Source: a virus. Taken from it: a stretch of 34,124 nucleotides of DNA. Positions 6,915 through 16,078 of this stretch are shown one piece after another. The translations under genes were made by a program, and so were the position numbers. Where the stretch lies: the IMG/VR virus record IMGVR_UViG_3300045988_106174. One strand, 5' to 3'. The number at the start of each line of letters is the position of its first letter. Within the stretch, counting starts at the first letter, position 1. The notes beneath the pieces are model-generated. The model was not told the origin of the DNA. It saw only the letters and a list, made by a program, of their open reading frames with translations, and did no database searches.

Positions 6915-7957
6915 GCGATCACCGTCCTTTTTGCCGTATGCTGCATGAGCTGCCCGGTCGCCATGCTGAGCGTCCAGCCCGTCTCCTCGTAGATGCCGGA
7001 GAGCAGCGGGTCGTCGATGGAGATCGTATCGCCGATGCCGTGCCCCGGCTCGTTGAGCGTAGAAAAGCTGATCGTGCGCGCCGACAGCATCGACTCGTTC
7101 CGCGCCCGGTCCGCCGCCGCCTGAAGCTCACCCTGGCTGGCAATGTTGTCGAGTTGCTGCACGTCCACAATGCGCATCCCGCGGCGGAAGGTGGAGATGC
7201 TGGACGTTGGCGAGTCGTTGATCGAGGTCGCGACCATATCGGCATCCAGATCGGGATTCGAGCAGATCCGCACGAACACGTTCGGCGCGTTAAAATAGTC
7301 CGCCTCGTCGCTGTGATCGGGCGAGATCGGCTCCGCGCCGCGCAGATCGTTCGCGCTGTATGCGTGGTCGATGCGGTCGGCGCTCGGCGTTTTGTACGGC
7401 GACAGGTGCGCCAGCCCGCGCCCGTCGAACCACACGTCGCTGTAATTGATCTCGCCCAAAAGCTGATTGATGATCGTCAGATACGTCGTGCCGATGTCCC
7501 AATCCTCGCGGTCGCTGGCCAGCACCGCGTCCGACGGCGTAGCGAGGATCAGTTTGATCCCCGCCGCCGTCATCAGCTGCTGCACGACGGTCAAATACGC
7601 CGTTCCGGCGGAAAGGTGCAGGATGTTCTCCGTGCGCATATTTTGCAGCCGCCAGCAGCGATCATACGCCTCGATCTGCGTCAGCACGCGGTATCGGTCT
7701 GCGACTTGGCTGTGCGTTGCCGTCAGGAACACGCCCAGCGGCGTCTCTGCGCCGTTTACGACCATGACGGGCTGTATCTCGTCTGTGAGCAAATTGACGC
7801 CGTCAGGGACGCGGAAGCGCCCGGAGAAGCTCATCTTGATCTCGGAATCGCGGTCGGCGTATACGTTCGGCGCGTCGCCGCTCTCCCACTCAAGACGCGC
7901 CAGCTCCGCGCCGCCCCGCAGGACGTTGACGCGGTAGCTTACATCACGCCTTGTCAA
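6911..7957 (-). CDS. Tail tip protein (Tal-like N-terminal/hub type, 348 aa)
   Basis: It is the second gene after the tape measure, and its size and sequence style match siphovirus tail-tip hub proteins. I see no lysin domain. Confidence 0.55.
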   Translation of the reverse strand: MTRRDVSYRVNVLRGGAELARLEWESGDAPNVYADRDSEIKMSFSGRFRVPDGVNLLTDEIQPVMVVNGAETPLGVFLTATHSQVADRYRVLTQIEAYDRCWRLQNMRTENILHLSAGTAYLTVVQQLMTAAGIKLILATPSDAVLASDREDWDIGTTYLTIINQLLGEINYSDVWFDGRGLAHLSPYKTPSADRIDHAYSANDLRGAEPISPDHSDEADYFNAPNVFVRICSNPDLDADMVATSINDSPTSSISTFRRGMRIVDVQQLDNIASQGELQAAADRARNESMLSARTISFSTLNEPGHGIGDTISIDDPLLSGIYEETGWTLSMATGQLMQHTAKRTVIA

Positions 7958-9956
7958 TGTCGATCGCCTCCTTTACGTCTGCCTGCGCCACGTCGAAGCC
8001 GTAGGTCGAGAAAAAGTCGTCCGAAGTCTCCGAGAGGTTTGCGATATAGCCGGTGACCATATTGCCCTCCGGCGTCTTGACGCACACCAGATGCCCCAAA
8101 ATGGAGAGCATCCGCGCCCGGTCGGCGGCGGTGAAGCAGACGCAGGCGACGTGCAGCGAGCGCTGCACAAATTCGCTCCGCTCCGCCACGGGGTACGTCC
8201 GCCCGGAGAGCTGCATATATTGGATGTCCCGCGCCAGCGAGTACGCCGTGGAGCGGTGCGCGCTGGCGTCATAGCGGAGATCCACCCACTTTCCGGCGTC
8301 CAGATCGTAAAGGCAGACGCTCGGCGTGCTGACCGTCACCGTGACGGCGTCTGACAGGCTGTAGTTGGCGCTGGTGGCGTAGCAGCCGCGCACCTGATAC
8401 TTGATCTGTCCAATGGACGTGCGGTCCGTGTAGAGCGGCTCCGTCGTTCTGGCGATAGCCACACCGTCGCGGTAGACAATGTAGTAGTCAAAGCCGCTCG
8501 CCGTCCACGCGAGCGTCACCTCGCGCCCAGTTTCGGCGGTCAGCGTGATGGCGCTGCCGGGGGTGTTGATGATCTGGAGCGGCGCGACGCCCCAGGCAGA
8601 CCAGAAGCCGTACTCGTTTTGCACCCGGACGCGCACGGTGTAGTCGCCGTCCGTCAGATACAGCGGCGACTGCCACTGCTTATCTGTGCCGAAGCGCGTG
8701 CCGTCTGCGTAGACGCCGACCAGCTCCACCTGATACGCCTGCTGCCCCTCGACCTGCCACGAGATTTTCGGGCGGGGCGTACTATAAACGCTATCAATAA
8801 CAGGCGTGTTGGGCGCGCCGACGCAGAGGAATTTTGCTGCCGTACTCCATTCACTGGGCTTGCCGTCAAAATTGTAGGTGCGGACGCGCCAAAAGTTCTC
8901 CCCTACTGAAAAAATACCATCGCCGACGGCATAAGTCTGCGTCGCGCCCGTCACTGTAGCAAGGTCAGACCACGTTGTGCCATTTTTGGAGTATTGCAGA
9001 TCCGCGCGGGTCTGTTTTGTGCCCGTGTCAATGCTATGACTCCATTTAAGCGTGATGTCTGTTGTCCCAGACACCACCATATCTACCGGGCTAAGCGGCG
9101 TAGCGGTAGGAGTAGCATCCTCAAGATTGATCGTAAGCCATTTATCAGGGATATACGTTTGCAGATTACTGCTGTACACTTTGGGGCGCACTTGCACCTG
9201 TTTTTTCCCGGCGAACGTTCCCGCCGGAATTGTGACAATTCCGAGCGAATCGCCAGAAACCTCCACAGGAAGCTCGGTTACTGCGCCAGCAGCATTGTCG
9301 CGCCAGAGAATTGATACGGAGGCTGTCGTCACCTCGGCAAGACACGCAGCGGACGGTCGGGTCATCACGCCGCCTATCCGGATGTCAACTCCTGCAGATT
9401 TCGTTATTGACTTATCGCCCCAGTTTTTATCCCAGAAGTACGCCTCCATGCGCACAATTTGATCGTCATCTACGGTAAGCACCAGTTTAGGCGGGCTTCC
9501 TGCGGGTGGATTGTATACAGCGGCGGAATCTCCGTTGCTATTAAAATAGGAGCTAACGTAGAAGCCGTTTGCCAAGAAAGCACGCTCAGCTCCTGCAGGG
9601 ATTCGGACTTCCAAATCAACATATCCCGGCTGCCGCACCGAAGCTCCAAGGCTACCGCCGTATGTACCCGTCGGGCGATCGTTATATGTGAGACTATTCG
9701 GGTTAAACTCAGCCTTAAGGACATGCGAATATATATAGGCAATACCTTCTGATGGGGTTGCGACATACATTTGTGCTTTCGCAGCAGTAATTGCGCGATA
9801 CGCCCAAGCGACAGAAGAATCCACGGCAGGCTTGAGGTATAAATAGTTGCTTATACGCTTTACAAAGGTCGTACTTGCGGAGCTATGGTCATTTTTCGAC
9901 GGATTGCTCTCATAGGCAATCGCAAATCCCTCGAACAGTATTGTTCGTTCCGTCAT
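7944..9956 (-). CDS. Distal-tail-protein-like protein with a long N-terminal extension and FN3-like repeats (670 aa)
   Basis: It lies immediately after the tape measure (TAATG overlap). The central part has FN3-like segments (LKWSHSIDTGTKQTRADLQYSKNGTTWSDLATV..., FWRVRTYNFDGKPSEWS). The C-terminal ~130 aa look like a Dit-type domain. Confidence 0.6.
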   Translation of the reverse strand: MTERTILFEGFAIAYESNPSKNDHSSASTTFVKRISNYLYLKPAVDSSVAWAYRAITAAKAQMYVATPSEGIAYIYSHVLKAEFNPNSLTYNDRPTGTYGGSLGASVRQPGYVDLEVRIPAGAERAFLANGFYVSSYFNSNGDSAAVYNPPAGSPPKLVLTVDDDQIVRMEAYFWDKNWGDKSITKSAGVDIRIGGVMTRPSAACLAEVTTASVSILWRDNAAGAVTELPVEVSGDSLGIVTIPAGTFAGKKQVQVRPKVYSSNLQTYIPDKWLTINLEDATPTATPLSPVDMVVSGTTDITLKWSHSIDTGTKQTRADLQYSKNGTTWSDLATVTGATQTYAVGDGIFSVGENFWRVRTYNFDGKPSEWSTAAKFLCVGAPNTPVIDSVYSTPRPKISWQVEGQQAYQVELVGVYADGTRFGTDKQWQSPLYLTDGDYTVRVRVQNEYGFWSAWGVAPLQIINTPGSAITLTAETGREVTLAWTASGFDYYIVYRDGVAIARTTEPLYTDRTSIGQIKYQVRGCYATSANYSLSDAVTVTVSTPSVCLYDLDAGKWVDLRYDASAHRSTAYSLARDIQYMQLSGRTYPVAERSEFVQRSLHVACVCFTAADRARMLSILGHLVCVKTPEGNMVTGYIANLSETSDDFFSTYGFDVAQADVKEAIDIDKA

Positions 9957-11809
9957 TAGGATTCGCCCTCCATTCTGCGCACTCTGCGGCGGTTTTTGAC
10001 GATGCGGATGATGTCCTCGAACTCCTTAATGCTGCTGGCTGGGATGGTGATATTATAGGTATCACCGCCGCCTGCCTGACGGCTCTCCTGTGCGGTGAGA
10101 ATGCGCGTGCCCTGCGGCAGGATCGCCATTTCAGGACCATTTTCACCGATGAGCGTCCGCCCGCCGTACCAGTAGTCCGTGCCGGCGGCGTTGTAGCCGT
10201 GGAGCTGCTTCCAGTACTCATATGTTCCGACCGGGTTTTTCGCGTATTCGGCACGTAGCTCCGCCTCGGTATGCACGCCGGATTCGATCCAGCCCGCGGA
10301 CTCGGAATAGCGGTAGCCGCTATATGCACCACTCGCGACCTGCTGATGACTGAGCTGCCCTCGGCTGGCATTCCACCCGAGGGCGGTGCTGATTTTGTCC
10401 CCGTTGAGAGTGAGCATGCCGACGAGCACATCCATTGTGTCGGCGAGGAGCGCTACGGCTTCCACGATTGGCTTGAGTGCCAGCGAAAGTGCCGGGAGGA
10501 TCGTTGTGACGAGCGCGCCCAGTGGCTCAAGCAGCGACACCGACGATTCGAGGATGCTGCCGAATGCCTCGACCGCGCCGGAATCGATCAGCGCCTTTCC
10601 GACCTTTTCGATCAGCGCCCGGATGTCCTCCAACGCAGACGTGAGGTAGGGTGCGAACTCCGCCGCCATGTTGTTTTTTACAGCGTCCTGCGTCGTCTGC
10701 AAACGCTGAAAGCCGTCATCGACCGCGCCGAGTGCGCTCAACGCCTCGTTGTCGAGCACATAGCCCACGTTATGCGCCTCGTCTGCGTACTCACGCAGCG
10801 TGTCACTTCCCTGAATGATCAGGGGATTCAGGTCCTGCGCCGAGCGCCCGAAGATGTCCATGGAAAGCGCGTCGCGCTCTGTGGCGTTGCCCACCTTGCC
10901 GAGCGCGTCGATCGTTTCGTAAAATACGTCGTTGGCGGTGCGCATATTCCCCTCAGAATCCGTTACGGCAATGCCGAGCTGCTCAAAGGCTTTTTTAGCA
11001 TCGCCCGTTCCGTTCATGGCATTCTGCATATTGTTGGTGAGCTTGGTCAGCGAGGTTTGCAAGGTATCGACGGACACGTCGATCAGCTCGGCAGCGTAGG
11101 AAAATTCCTGAAGCTGCTCCGCAGACTGTCCAGTGGTCATGGACATGGTCAAAATGTCATCGGCGAATTTTGCTGATTCCTTTGTCACGTCGATCAGCGC
11201 CTTTTCCACCTTGACGATCGCTGTGACCAGCGCGGCAAGCCCAAACACCGCTGCCCCCGCCGCCACGTTCACGCCGCCAAGACCATTCACCGCCTCCTGT
11301 GCACCAGCGGGCAGCTGGATGCCGAGTTTGTCGGCAACGTCCTGCAGGGTCGTGCCGAAGCTGGCGGACTGCTCATCGACCGCGCCGGTCTTTTCGACGA
11401 GGTCCTCCATGCCGCCGGAGAAGTTATCCGCCTCCACGCCGGCGTCCTTGAGGGCGTCGGTGTTGTCGCGCAGCTCGCGCTCCATGTCGATGAGGGTGGA
11501 GTTTGCCTTGTTGAGCTGCTGCTGCCACTTCTGCGTGCGGGCGTCAGATTCGCCGTACTCCTGTGCGGCGTTTTTCAGCGCATCCTCCAACGCGGAGATC
11601 TTCTCCTTTTGGGTGAGGATCTTCTCGTTGAGGGCCTCGTTGATCTTCGTCAAGCCCTCGACATTGTCCTTGTTTTCAGCATAGGTGTTCTTCAGCAGCT
11701 TCAGTTTGCTGTCCAGCGTACCCAGCGCGGTGTTGATCTCACCGACTGCAGCCTTGTACTCCTTTTCGCCGTCCAGCTTGATATTGGTTTTAATGCTTGC
11801 CGTCGGCAT
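9956..11809 (-). CDS. Tape measure protein (617 aa)
   Basis: A long Ala/Leu/Glu-rich helical protein placed directly after the chaperone pair, with a Gly/aromatic-rich C-terminal third. Confidence 0.85.
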   Translation of the reverse strand: MPTASIKTNIKLDGEKEYKAAVGEINTALGTLDSKLKLLKNTYAENKDNVEGLTKINEALNEKILTQKEKISALEDALKNAAQEYGESDARTQKWQQQLNKANSTLIDMERELRDNTDALKDAGVEADNFSGGMEDLVEKTGAVDEQSASFGTTLQDVADKLGIQLPAGAQEAVNGLGGVNVAAGAAVFGLAALVTAIVKVEKALIDVTKESAKFADDILTMSMTTGQSAEQLQEFSYAAELIDVSVDTLQTSLTKLTNNMQNAMNGTGDAKKAFEQLGIAVTDSEGNMRTANDVFYETIDALGKVGNATERDALSMDIFGRSAQDLNPLIIQGSDTLREYADEAHNVGYVLDNEALSALGAVDDGFQRLQTTQDAVKNNMAAEFAPYLTSALEDIRALIEKVGKALIDSGAVEAFGSILESSVSLLEPLGALVTTILPALSLALKPIVEAVALLADTMDVLVGMLTLNGDKISTALGWNASRGQLSHQQVASGAYSGYRYSESAGWIESGVHTEAELRAEYAKNPVGTYEYWKQLHGYNAAGTDYWYGGRTLIGENGPEMAILPQGTRILTAQESRQAGGGDTYNITIPASSIKEFEDIIRIVKNRRRVRRMEGES

Positions 11810-12396
11810 TTACCCACCTCCCATCAGGTATTCGTACAACGACGTTCCGGCGGGCTGCTCCGTGGGTGCAGCATCAAAATGACGCCGGGGCGGTGCTGCG
11901 AGTTTGAAATACTCGCGGTATAAAGCCATGCACCGCGCCGGCGTCATTGTCCGCCAGAAAACGGTTTCGTCGTTTTTTAGGACATTGATCCAAATATTCA
12001 GATACCAGGCAAAGTTCAGTCCGTCGCTGCGGCTTCGCTGGTCTGTGCGTTTTTTTCGTTTCCCTCCGCAGGCTGGGCGGCGTCCTCATCATCGTCGGCG
12101 ACAGCTGCGAGGAGCATATCAAAAACGCGCTCCTTGTAGCGCAGGAAGCCCTTCCAGCCCAGCTTGCGCCCGATCTCCTTGTCGGTGTAGCGGACGTCAA
12201 GTCCGGCAATGTTCGCCTCCTCGTTGAGCATGGCAGCGACGATGCGGGTGAAGTTACGCATGATCGAGTCGGTCCTCATCACGCCCCGGAGCTCGCCGCA
12301 CTGCGTCTGAAGCTCCGCAAGGACGTTAAAATTGAGGATCAGGGAGTGCTGCTGTCCATCAAGATCCAAGATCATGGTCTGCGGTTGAATATTCAT
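11810..12396 (-). CDS. Tail assembly chaperone, frameshifted long form (G-T type) via a -1 slip at 12055-12049
   Basis: After A_AAA_AAC the -1 frame stays open for 79 codons (...NFAWYLNIWINVLKNDETVFWRTMTPARCMALYREYFK...). It stops at TAA 11812-11810, directly abutting the tape measure ATG at 11809. Confidence 0.55.
12016..12396 (-). CDS. Tail assembly chaperone, short form (126 aa, acidic C-terminus)
   Basis: It lies between the major tail protein and the tape measure, and its ATG overlaps the upstream stop. The acidic tail DDDEDAAQPAEGNEKNAQ contains the slippery site. Confidence 0.65.
   Translation of the reverse strand: MNIQPQTMILDLDGQQHSLILNFNVLAELQTQCGELRGVMRTDSIMRNFTRIVAAMLNEEANIAGLDVRYTDKEIGRKLGWKGFLRYKERVFDMLLAAVADDDEDAAQPAEGNEKNAQTSEAAATD
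12049..12055 (-). promoter_or_regulatory. Candidate -1 programmed ribosomal frameshift heptamer A_AAA_AAC
   Basis: There is a run of seven A on the minus strand (T 12050-12056 on plus). It is in the X_XXY_YYZ register of the chaperone frame, 11 codons before its stop. Confidence 0.55.
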
Positions 12397-12995
12397 CAGC
12401 TGCCCTCCGTCACTGCCGTGGGCGCGGTGGTGAATACCGCGTCACACCACGCCTTTGCATCCGCCTCGGTGTCGAGCGTCGCCACCTCCAGCAGGTCGCC
12501 GAGCTCATCCACGAGGAACTCGCCCGTCGTGGTCGGCGTCTGGAAGGTAATGTTTTCGCCCAGCGTCTGCCCGTTGGTGGAGGGCGGACCAAAGAGCACC
12601 TTGCGGACAAAGACCGCCGTGAATTTCTCAACGCCGTCGATCATATCCGGCATATAGAAGCTCCACCCGACATACTGCCCCGTGGAGCTTTTGCCAAAGG
12701 TGATACTCTTGACGGTGGCGCTGGATACGGTGCGCTGCTTCTCGTAAGCGCGGAACATGAGCTTCTGCGCGGCGATGGGGATGTATTTGACACCCGCGGA
12801 TGCCGTACCGCCCGTGGCTTTCTTCATGTATTCAGCGAGGACGGACTCGGCGTAGACGCGCCCCTCGGCAAAGCGCATTTCGAGCGAGACGGTCATCGCG
12901 TCGCCCATCGAGACGGCGGCGCCGTACTCCGTCACGCCCGCGCTCTTCTTCTTGTATTCTGCTACCTGCAGATACCTGAGATCAAACTTAGGCAT
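12396..12995 (-). CDS. Major tail protein (199 aa)
   Basis: Assigned by position (neck genes, this gene, chaperones, tape measure), size and beta-rich sequence. Confidence 0.7.
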   Translation of the reverse strand: MPKFDLRYLQVAEYKKKSAGVTEYGAAVSMGDAMTVSLEMRFAEGRVYAESVLAEYMKKATGGTASAGVKYIPIAAQKLMFRAYEKQRTVSSATVKSITFGKSSTGQYVGWSFYMPDMIDGVEKFTAVFVRKVLFGPPSTNGQTLGENITFQTPTTTGEFLVDELGDLLEVATLDTEADAKAWCDAVFTTAPTAVTEGS

Positions 12996-12996
12996 T

Positions 12997-13437
12997 TCAT
13001 TCTCCTTTCAGTTTTTGAGCCGCCACGTCGCTCATGGCGTCGTTTGCGGTTTTCCATGCGTTTTTGACTGCGGTGGACCAGTAATAGTCCGCCGCGATCT
13101 TTCCGCCCTTCCGGCGACCGTAGTTGAGGACGAACGCTTTTGTGCCATAGCGCTGCCCACGGCTATCCTTGCCGTTGAGCGTGACCTGCATATAGGGAAT
13201 GCCGTTTTTGTCACGCTTCACGGTGCGGCTGCGTGTGATGTGGCGGAATGTTTCTCCCGTCCGGCGATCGACGCCCGGTCGATTGTGCCCACTCTGAACG
13301 AAGGCAGACTTCACATCGCGCATCATGATCTCTGCCCCGGCATTCAGCATTGCCTTGATGTTTTCATCGCTATATAGGTCCGCCTTTTCAAGCTGCCGGA
13401 TTGCCTCACGCAGACCATCGGTCGCGACCTCTGCCAT
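12997..13437 (-). CDS. Neck/tail-joining protein, HK97 gp10-like (146 aa)
   Basis: The N-terminal pattern GLREAIRQLEK...NIKAMLNAGAEIMMRDVKSAF and a later ...VLNYG... resemble the HK97 gp10 family. It lies upstream of the major tail protein. Confidence 0.5.
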   Translation of the reverse strand: MAEVATDGLREAIRQLEKADLYSDENIKAMLNAGAEIMMRDVKSAFVQSGHNRPGVDRRTGETFRHITRSRTVKRDKNGIPYMQVTLNGKDSRGQRYGTKAFVLNYGRRKGGKIAADYYWSTAVKNAWKTANDAMSDVAAQKLKGE

Positions 13438-13772
13438 CAGATCACCTCGCAGGGGATGTCCGTGTAGTACGTGGCGGTGTCGGGGTCGTAGGAGTGCTCC
13501 AACGGCTGCATCGGGATGTGCGCCGTGCCGAGCGCCGCGATGACCTGCGCGGGCAGGTCGTCGTCCTCCGTCTGGGTCGCCACCGTCACCACCGCCTGAT
13601 ATGTCGTGGCAAACGGCGAACCCTCGGCGTTAAAAAACCGCTGCCCGGTCGGCGTCCAGACGAGATAGCGCAGCAGCGGCGAGCCGTCCTCCGCCGTCTC
13701 CGGCGCTTGCACCTTGTACACAGCGTCCGGCAGCACGGTTTTAAGCACCGTCTCGATCTTTGTATAGCTCAT
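13437..13772 (-). CDS. Neck/tail completion protein (111 aa)
   Basis: ORF track. It sits inside the head-tail joining block with an ATGA overlap downstream. The family is not certain. Confidence 0.5.
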   Translation of the reverse strand: MSYTKIETVLKTVLPDAVYKVQAPETAEDGSPLLRYLVWTPTGQRFFNAEGSPFATTYQAVVTVATQTEDDDLPAQVIAALGTAHIPMQPLEHSYDPDTATYYTDIPCEVI

Positions 13773-14094
13773 ACTTTCCCTCCGGCTCAGCGAGGCTGAG
13801 CGTCGTCGCGGGCAGCCCGTCGGGGTCGAGATCGCGCTGCGCCTGGTCGATGCGGTAGACGTTGCCGTCCTCCAGGATGCAGTACTGGTCTGCCTCGATC
13901 GGTGCGTCGTAAATGCTGCGCGGCAGCGTCACCATCCGCACCAGCTTGCTGCCCGCCTGCTTCCCGGCATAGTACCGGGAGGCGTAGACGGTGCGCTCGC
14001 AGTAGAAATGCGAGCTGACCTCTTCCAGCTTGCGCACGGCAGGCGAGCGCCCGGGGCGCAGCGTGCAGATCGTCAAAATCTTGTCGTAGATCAC
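13741..14094 (-). CDS. Head closure / head-tail adaptor-like protein (117 aa)
   Basis: Assigned by position and size. The sequence style (...ILEDGNVYRIDQAQRDLD...) resembles head-closure proteins. Confidence 0.5.
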   Translation of the reverse strand: MIYDKILTICTLRPGRSPAVRKLEEVSSHFYCERTVYASRYYAGKQAGSKLVRMVTLPRSIYDAPIEADQYCILEDGNVYRIDQAQRDLDPDGLPATTLSLAEPEGKYELYKDRDGA

Positions 14095-14381
14095 GGCGCA
14101 CCTCCCATTTTCTCATGGCAGATGCGGTCCTTGATTATCACGTCCAGATTCTTCGGCAGCGACGCCCGGTCGGTGCTGCCGCGCGCGCGGTACATCCACG
14201 CGGCGACAGAGCCGACAAGCAGGTCGTCTTCATCGCTGTTATCATCCAGCGTGACGCCGCGGCGGCGCAGGAAAGCGTCGGCTGCGGTCAGCAGCCCGCG
14301 CATATAAAGTTTCTGTTGATCAGCGCATTGCAGGATGCCGAGATCAACCATCATGTAAGTAAGACGCAGGTCTGCTGACAT
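14091..14381 (-). CDS. Head-tail connector protein, gp6-like (96 aa)
   Basis: It is the first gene after the capsid gene and is a small helical protein, which is the usual connector position in HK97-type modules. Confidence 0.55.
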   Translation of the reverse strand: MSADLRLTYMMVDLGILQCADQQKLYMRGLLTAADAFLRRRGVTLDDNSDEDDLLVGSVAAWMYRARGSTDRASLPKNLDVIIKDRICHEKMGGAP

Positions 14382-14398
14382 TTTGCAGCCTCCTTTCC

Positions 14399-16078
14399 TT
14401 AGCCCCCGGCTTTCGCAGTCACGCTGCCGGTGCCGACTGCGATGGCGCGCTTCTTGGCGTCCAGCTCCGCGACCGTGATGGTCTGGCCGGTGGTGGCGTC
14501 AATGGTCTTATTGGCCGGCAGATCCAGCCAATCCTTACCCAGCGTATCGCCGTTGCTGACGGGGATAGCCTGACCGGCGACACGATACTTAAGCGTGCCG
14601 GAGCCGTTACCGGCAACGGTCACGACGCTCTTGCCGTTGGCCGAGCCCGCAGCGGTCGTCACGATCAGCGTGCCGATCTGGTCGTTCGCGTAGTCCGGCG
14701 CGAAGGAGATGGTCGTCGTCGGCTCCGTGTTGTGGAAGTTGACGAGCACAAAGCCCTCGCCGCGGGCGGGCTTGCCGTCGTAGCGGCCGAGCGCGCGGAA
14801 CACGGTCATGTTGCGCAGGAACAGCGGGATGTCGGACGATGCGATTGCGAAGCCCTCACGCTCGACCATCCGCATCAGGCTGCCGAAGCCGCCAGCGATG
14901 TCGTTGTCCGCCATGAACTCCAGCTCGATGATGTCGCCGCCGACGATCGGGAAGGTGTTGTTGATACCGGCAGCCAGCGCGGCGGCGGAGTCGAATGCCA
15001 GAGCCTTCGCCATCAGGCGGATGTGGGTTTTGCGGTTCATAATCCAGAACACGCGGCCGTCGGAATACTTCGGGTCGGCAACGCCGAGCGCTTCGACCAG
15101 CGTGCCGAAGAACGCCGCGCCGGAGGTCGAGTCGATGTCCAGCTTAAGGATGTGGCTGGAGTGCAGGTCGGTAAATTCGCCCTGATCGTTGCCCCACCAC
15201 GCCGGCTGCGCCGTCGCAGCAAGGCGTGAGATGAAGCCGACCGGCATTTTCTTGCCGGTACCGTAGACGATCGCCTTATCCAGCGCGCGGGCATTTGCCT
15301 CGCCCATGGCGTTCAGGATGCTGGTCAGCAGCTGCAGATCGGCGTCATCCTGCAGGTACGCGTTGGAGATCGCCATGTAGCCGGAGAGCATATAGCCCTC
15401 GATCTCAAGCTGGGTAAAGTCGAGCGTGATCTCGTTGACGTTGCCAAGCATTTCGCTCCAGACGGCCTCCGCGCCGGTGCCGACAATGTTCTGGCGGGCA
15501 TGGCCGCGGACGAACTCGCTGTGCACATACGGCCACAGCTTGGAATTCTGGTACGTCAGGTCGCGCAGGATCGACATGAACTCGGTCGGGATGCCGAGCT
15601 CCGCGCCGTTCGCGCTGTTCTGCTGCGAGCGGAGCGCACGCACGCGCTGCAGGAAGTCGCGCGTATCATCGCGATGCAGCAGCGCGTCGCGCTCCTGATA
15701 GGTGAGGCCGAACCAGCGGCGCTCGGAATTGTTCATGGTCTGATAGCTCCTTTCGTTATTTCTTGCCTCCGGGTCGCCCGCGGGTGTCTCGGCCGGAGGC
15801 GGTGTCTGCGCAGCCTCCAGGCTGCGGATCTGCTTGTTGATCTCGTCGATCGCGCCCTGCACGCGGTTGAGCTCGGCGGTGTTGCTTGCCCGCTCCTGCT
15901 CAAACGCTTCCACGGCGGATTCGACGACGCTGCGCTCCTCATCGGTCTGCGCCGCCTCAATGTCGCGAGCCAGCTCCGCTTCGCGGGCGGCGAAGCCGTC
16001 CCGCACGCTTTCCAGTCCAGCGAGCTGCGTCTGGAGCGGTGCGAGCTTGCTGCGCAGCATCAGTACCTTCAATGCCAT
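14399..16078 (-). CDS. Major capsid protein, HK97 family, with an N-terminal delta domain and a C-terminal Ig-like extension (559 aa)
   Basis: It follows the prohead protease. The N-terminal ~110 aa are coiled coil (scaffold-like). The core is typical of HK97-type capsid proteins. The last ~100 aa (TLIVTTAAGSANGKSVVTVAGNGSGTLKYRVAGQ...) look like an Ig-like decoration domain. Confidence 0.85.
   Translation of the reverse strand: MALKVLMLRSKLAPLQTQLAGLESVRDGFAAREAELARDIEAAQTDEERSVVESAVEAFEQERASNTAELNRVQGAIDEINKQIRSLEAAQTPPPAETPAGDPEARNNERSYQTMNNSERRWFGLTYQERDALLHRDDTRDFLQRVRALRSQQNSANGAELGIPTEFMSILRDLTYQNSKLWPYVHSEFVRGHARQNIVGTGAEAVWSEMLGNVNEITLDFTQLEIEGYMLSGYMAISNAYLQDDADLQLLTSILNAMGEANARALDKAIVYGTGKKMPVGFISRLAATAQPAWWGNDQGEFTDLHSSHILKLDIDSTSGAAFFGTLVEALGVADPKYSDGRVFWIMNRKTHIRLMAKALAFDSAAALAAGINNTFPIVGGDIIELEFMADNDIAGGFGSLMRMVEREGFAIASSDIPLFLRNMTVFRALGRYDGKPARGEGFVLVNFHNTEPTTTISFAPDYANDQIGTLIVTTAAGSANGKSVVTVAGNGSGTLKYRVAGQAIPVSNGDTLGKDWLDLPANKTIDATTGQTITVAELDAKKRAIAVGTGSVTAKAGG

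Noticed and set aside
11874-12209. Overlapping 111-aa ORF as the frameshift (T) frame of the tail chaperone
   Set aside because: It is in the +1 frame relative to the chaperone, is Arg/Pro-rich and stops short of the tape measure. The -1 frame from A_AAA_AAC is the one that stays open and ends exactly at the tape measure start.
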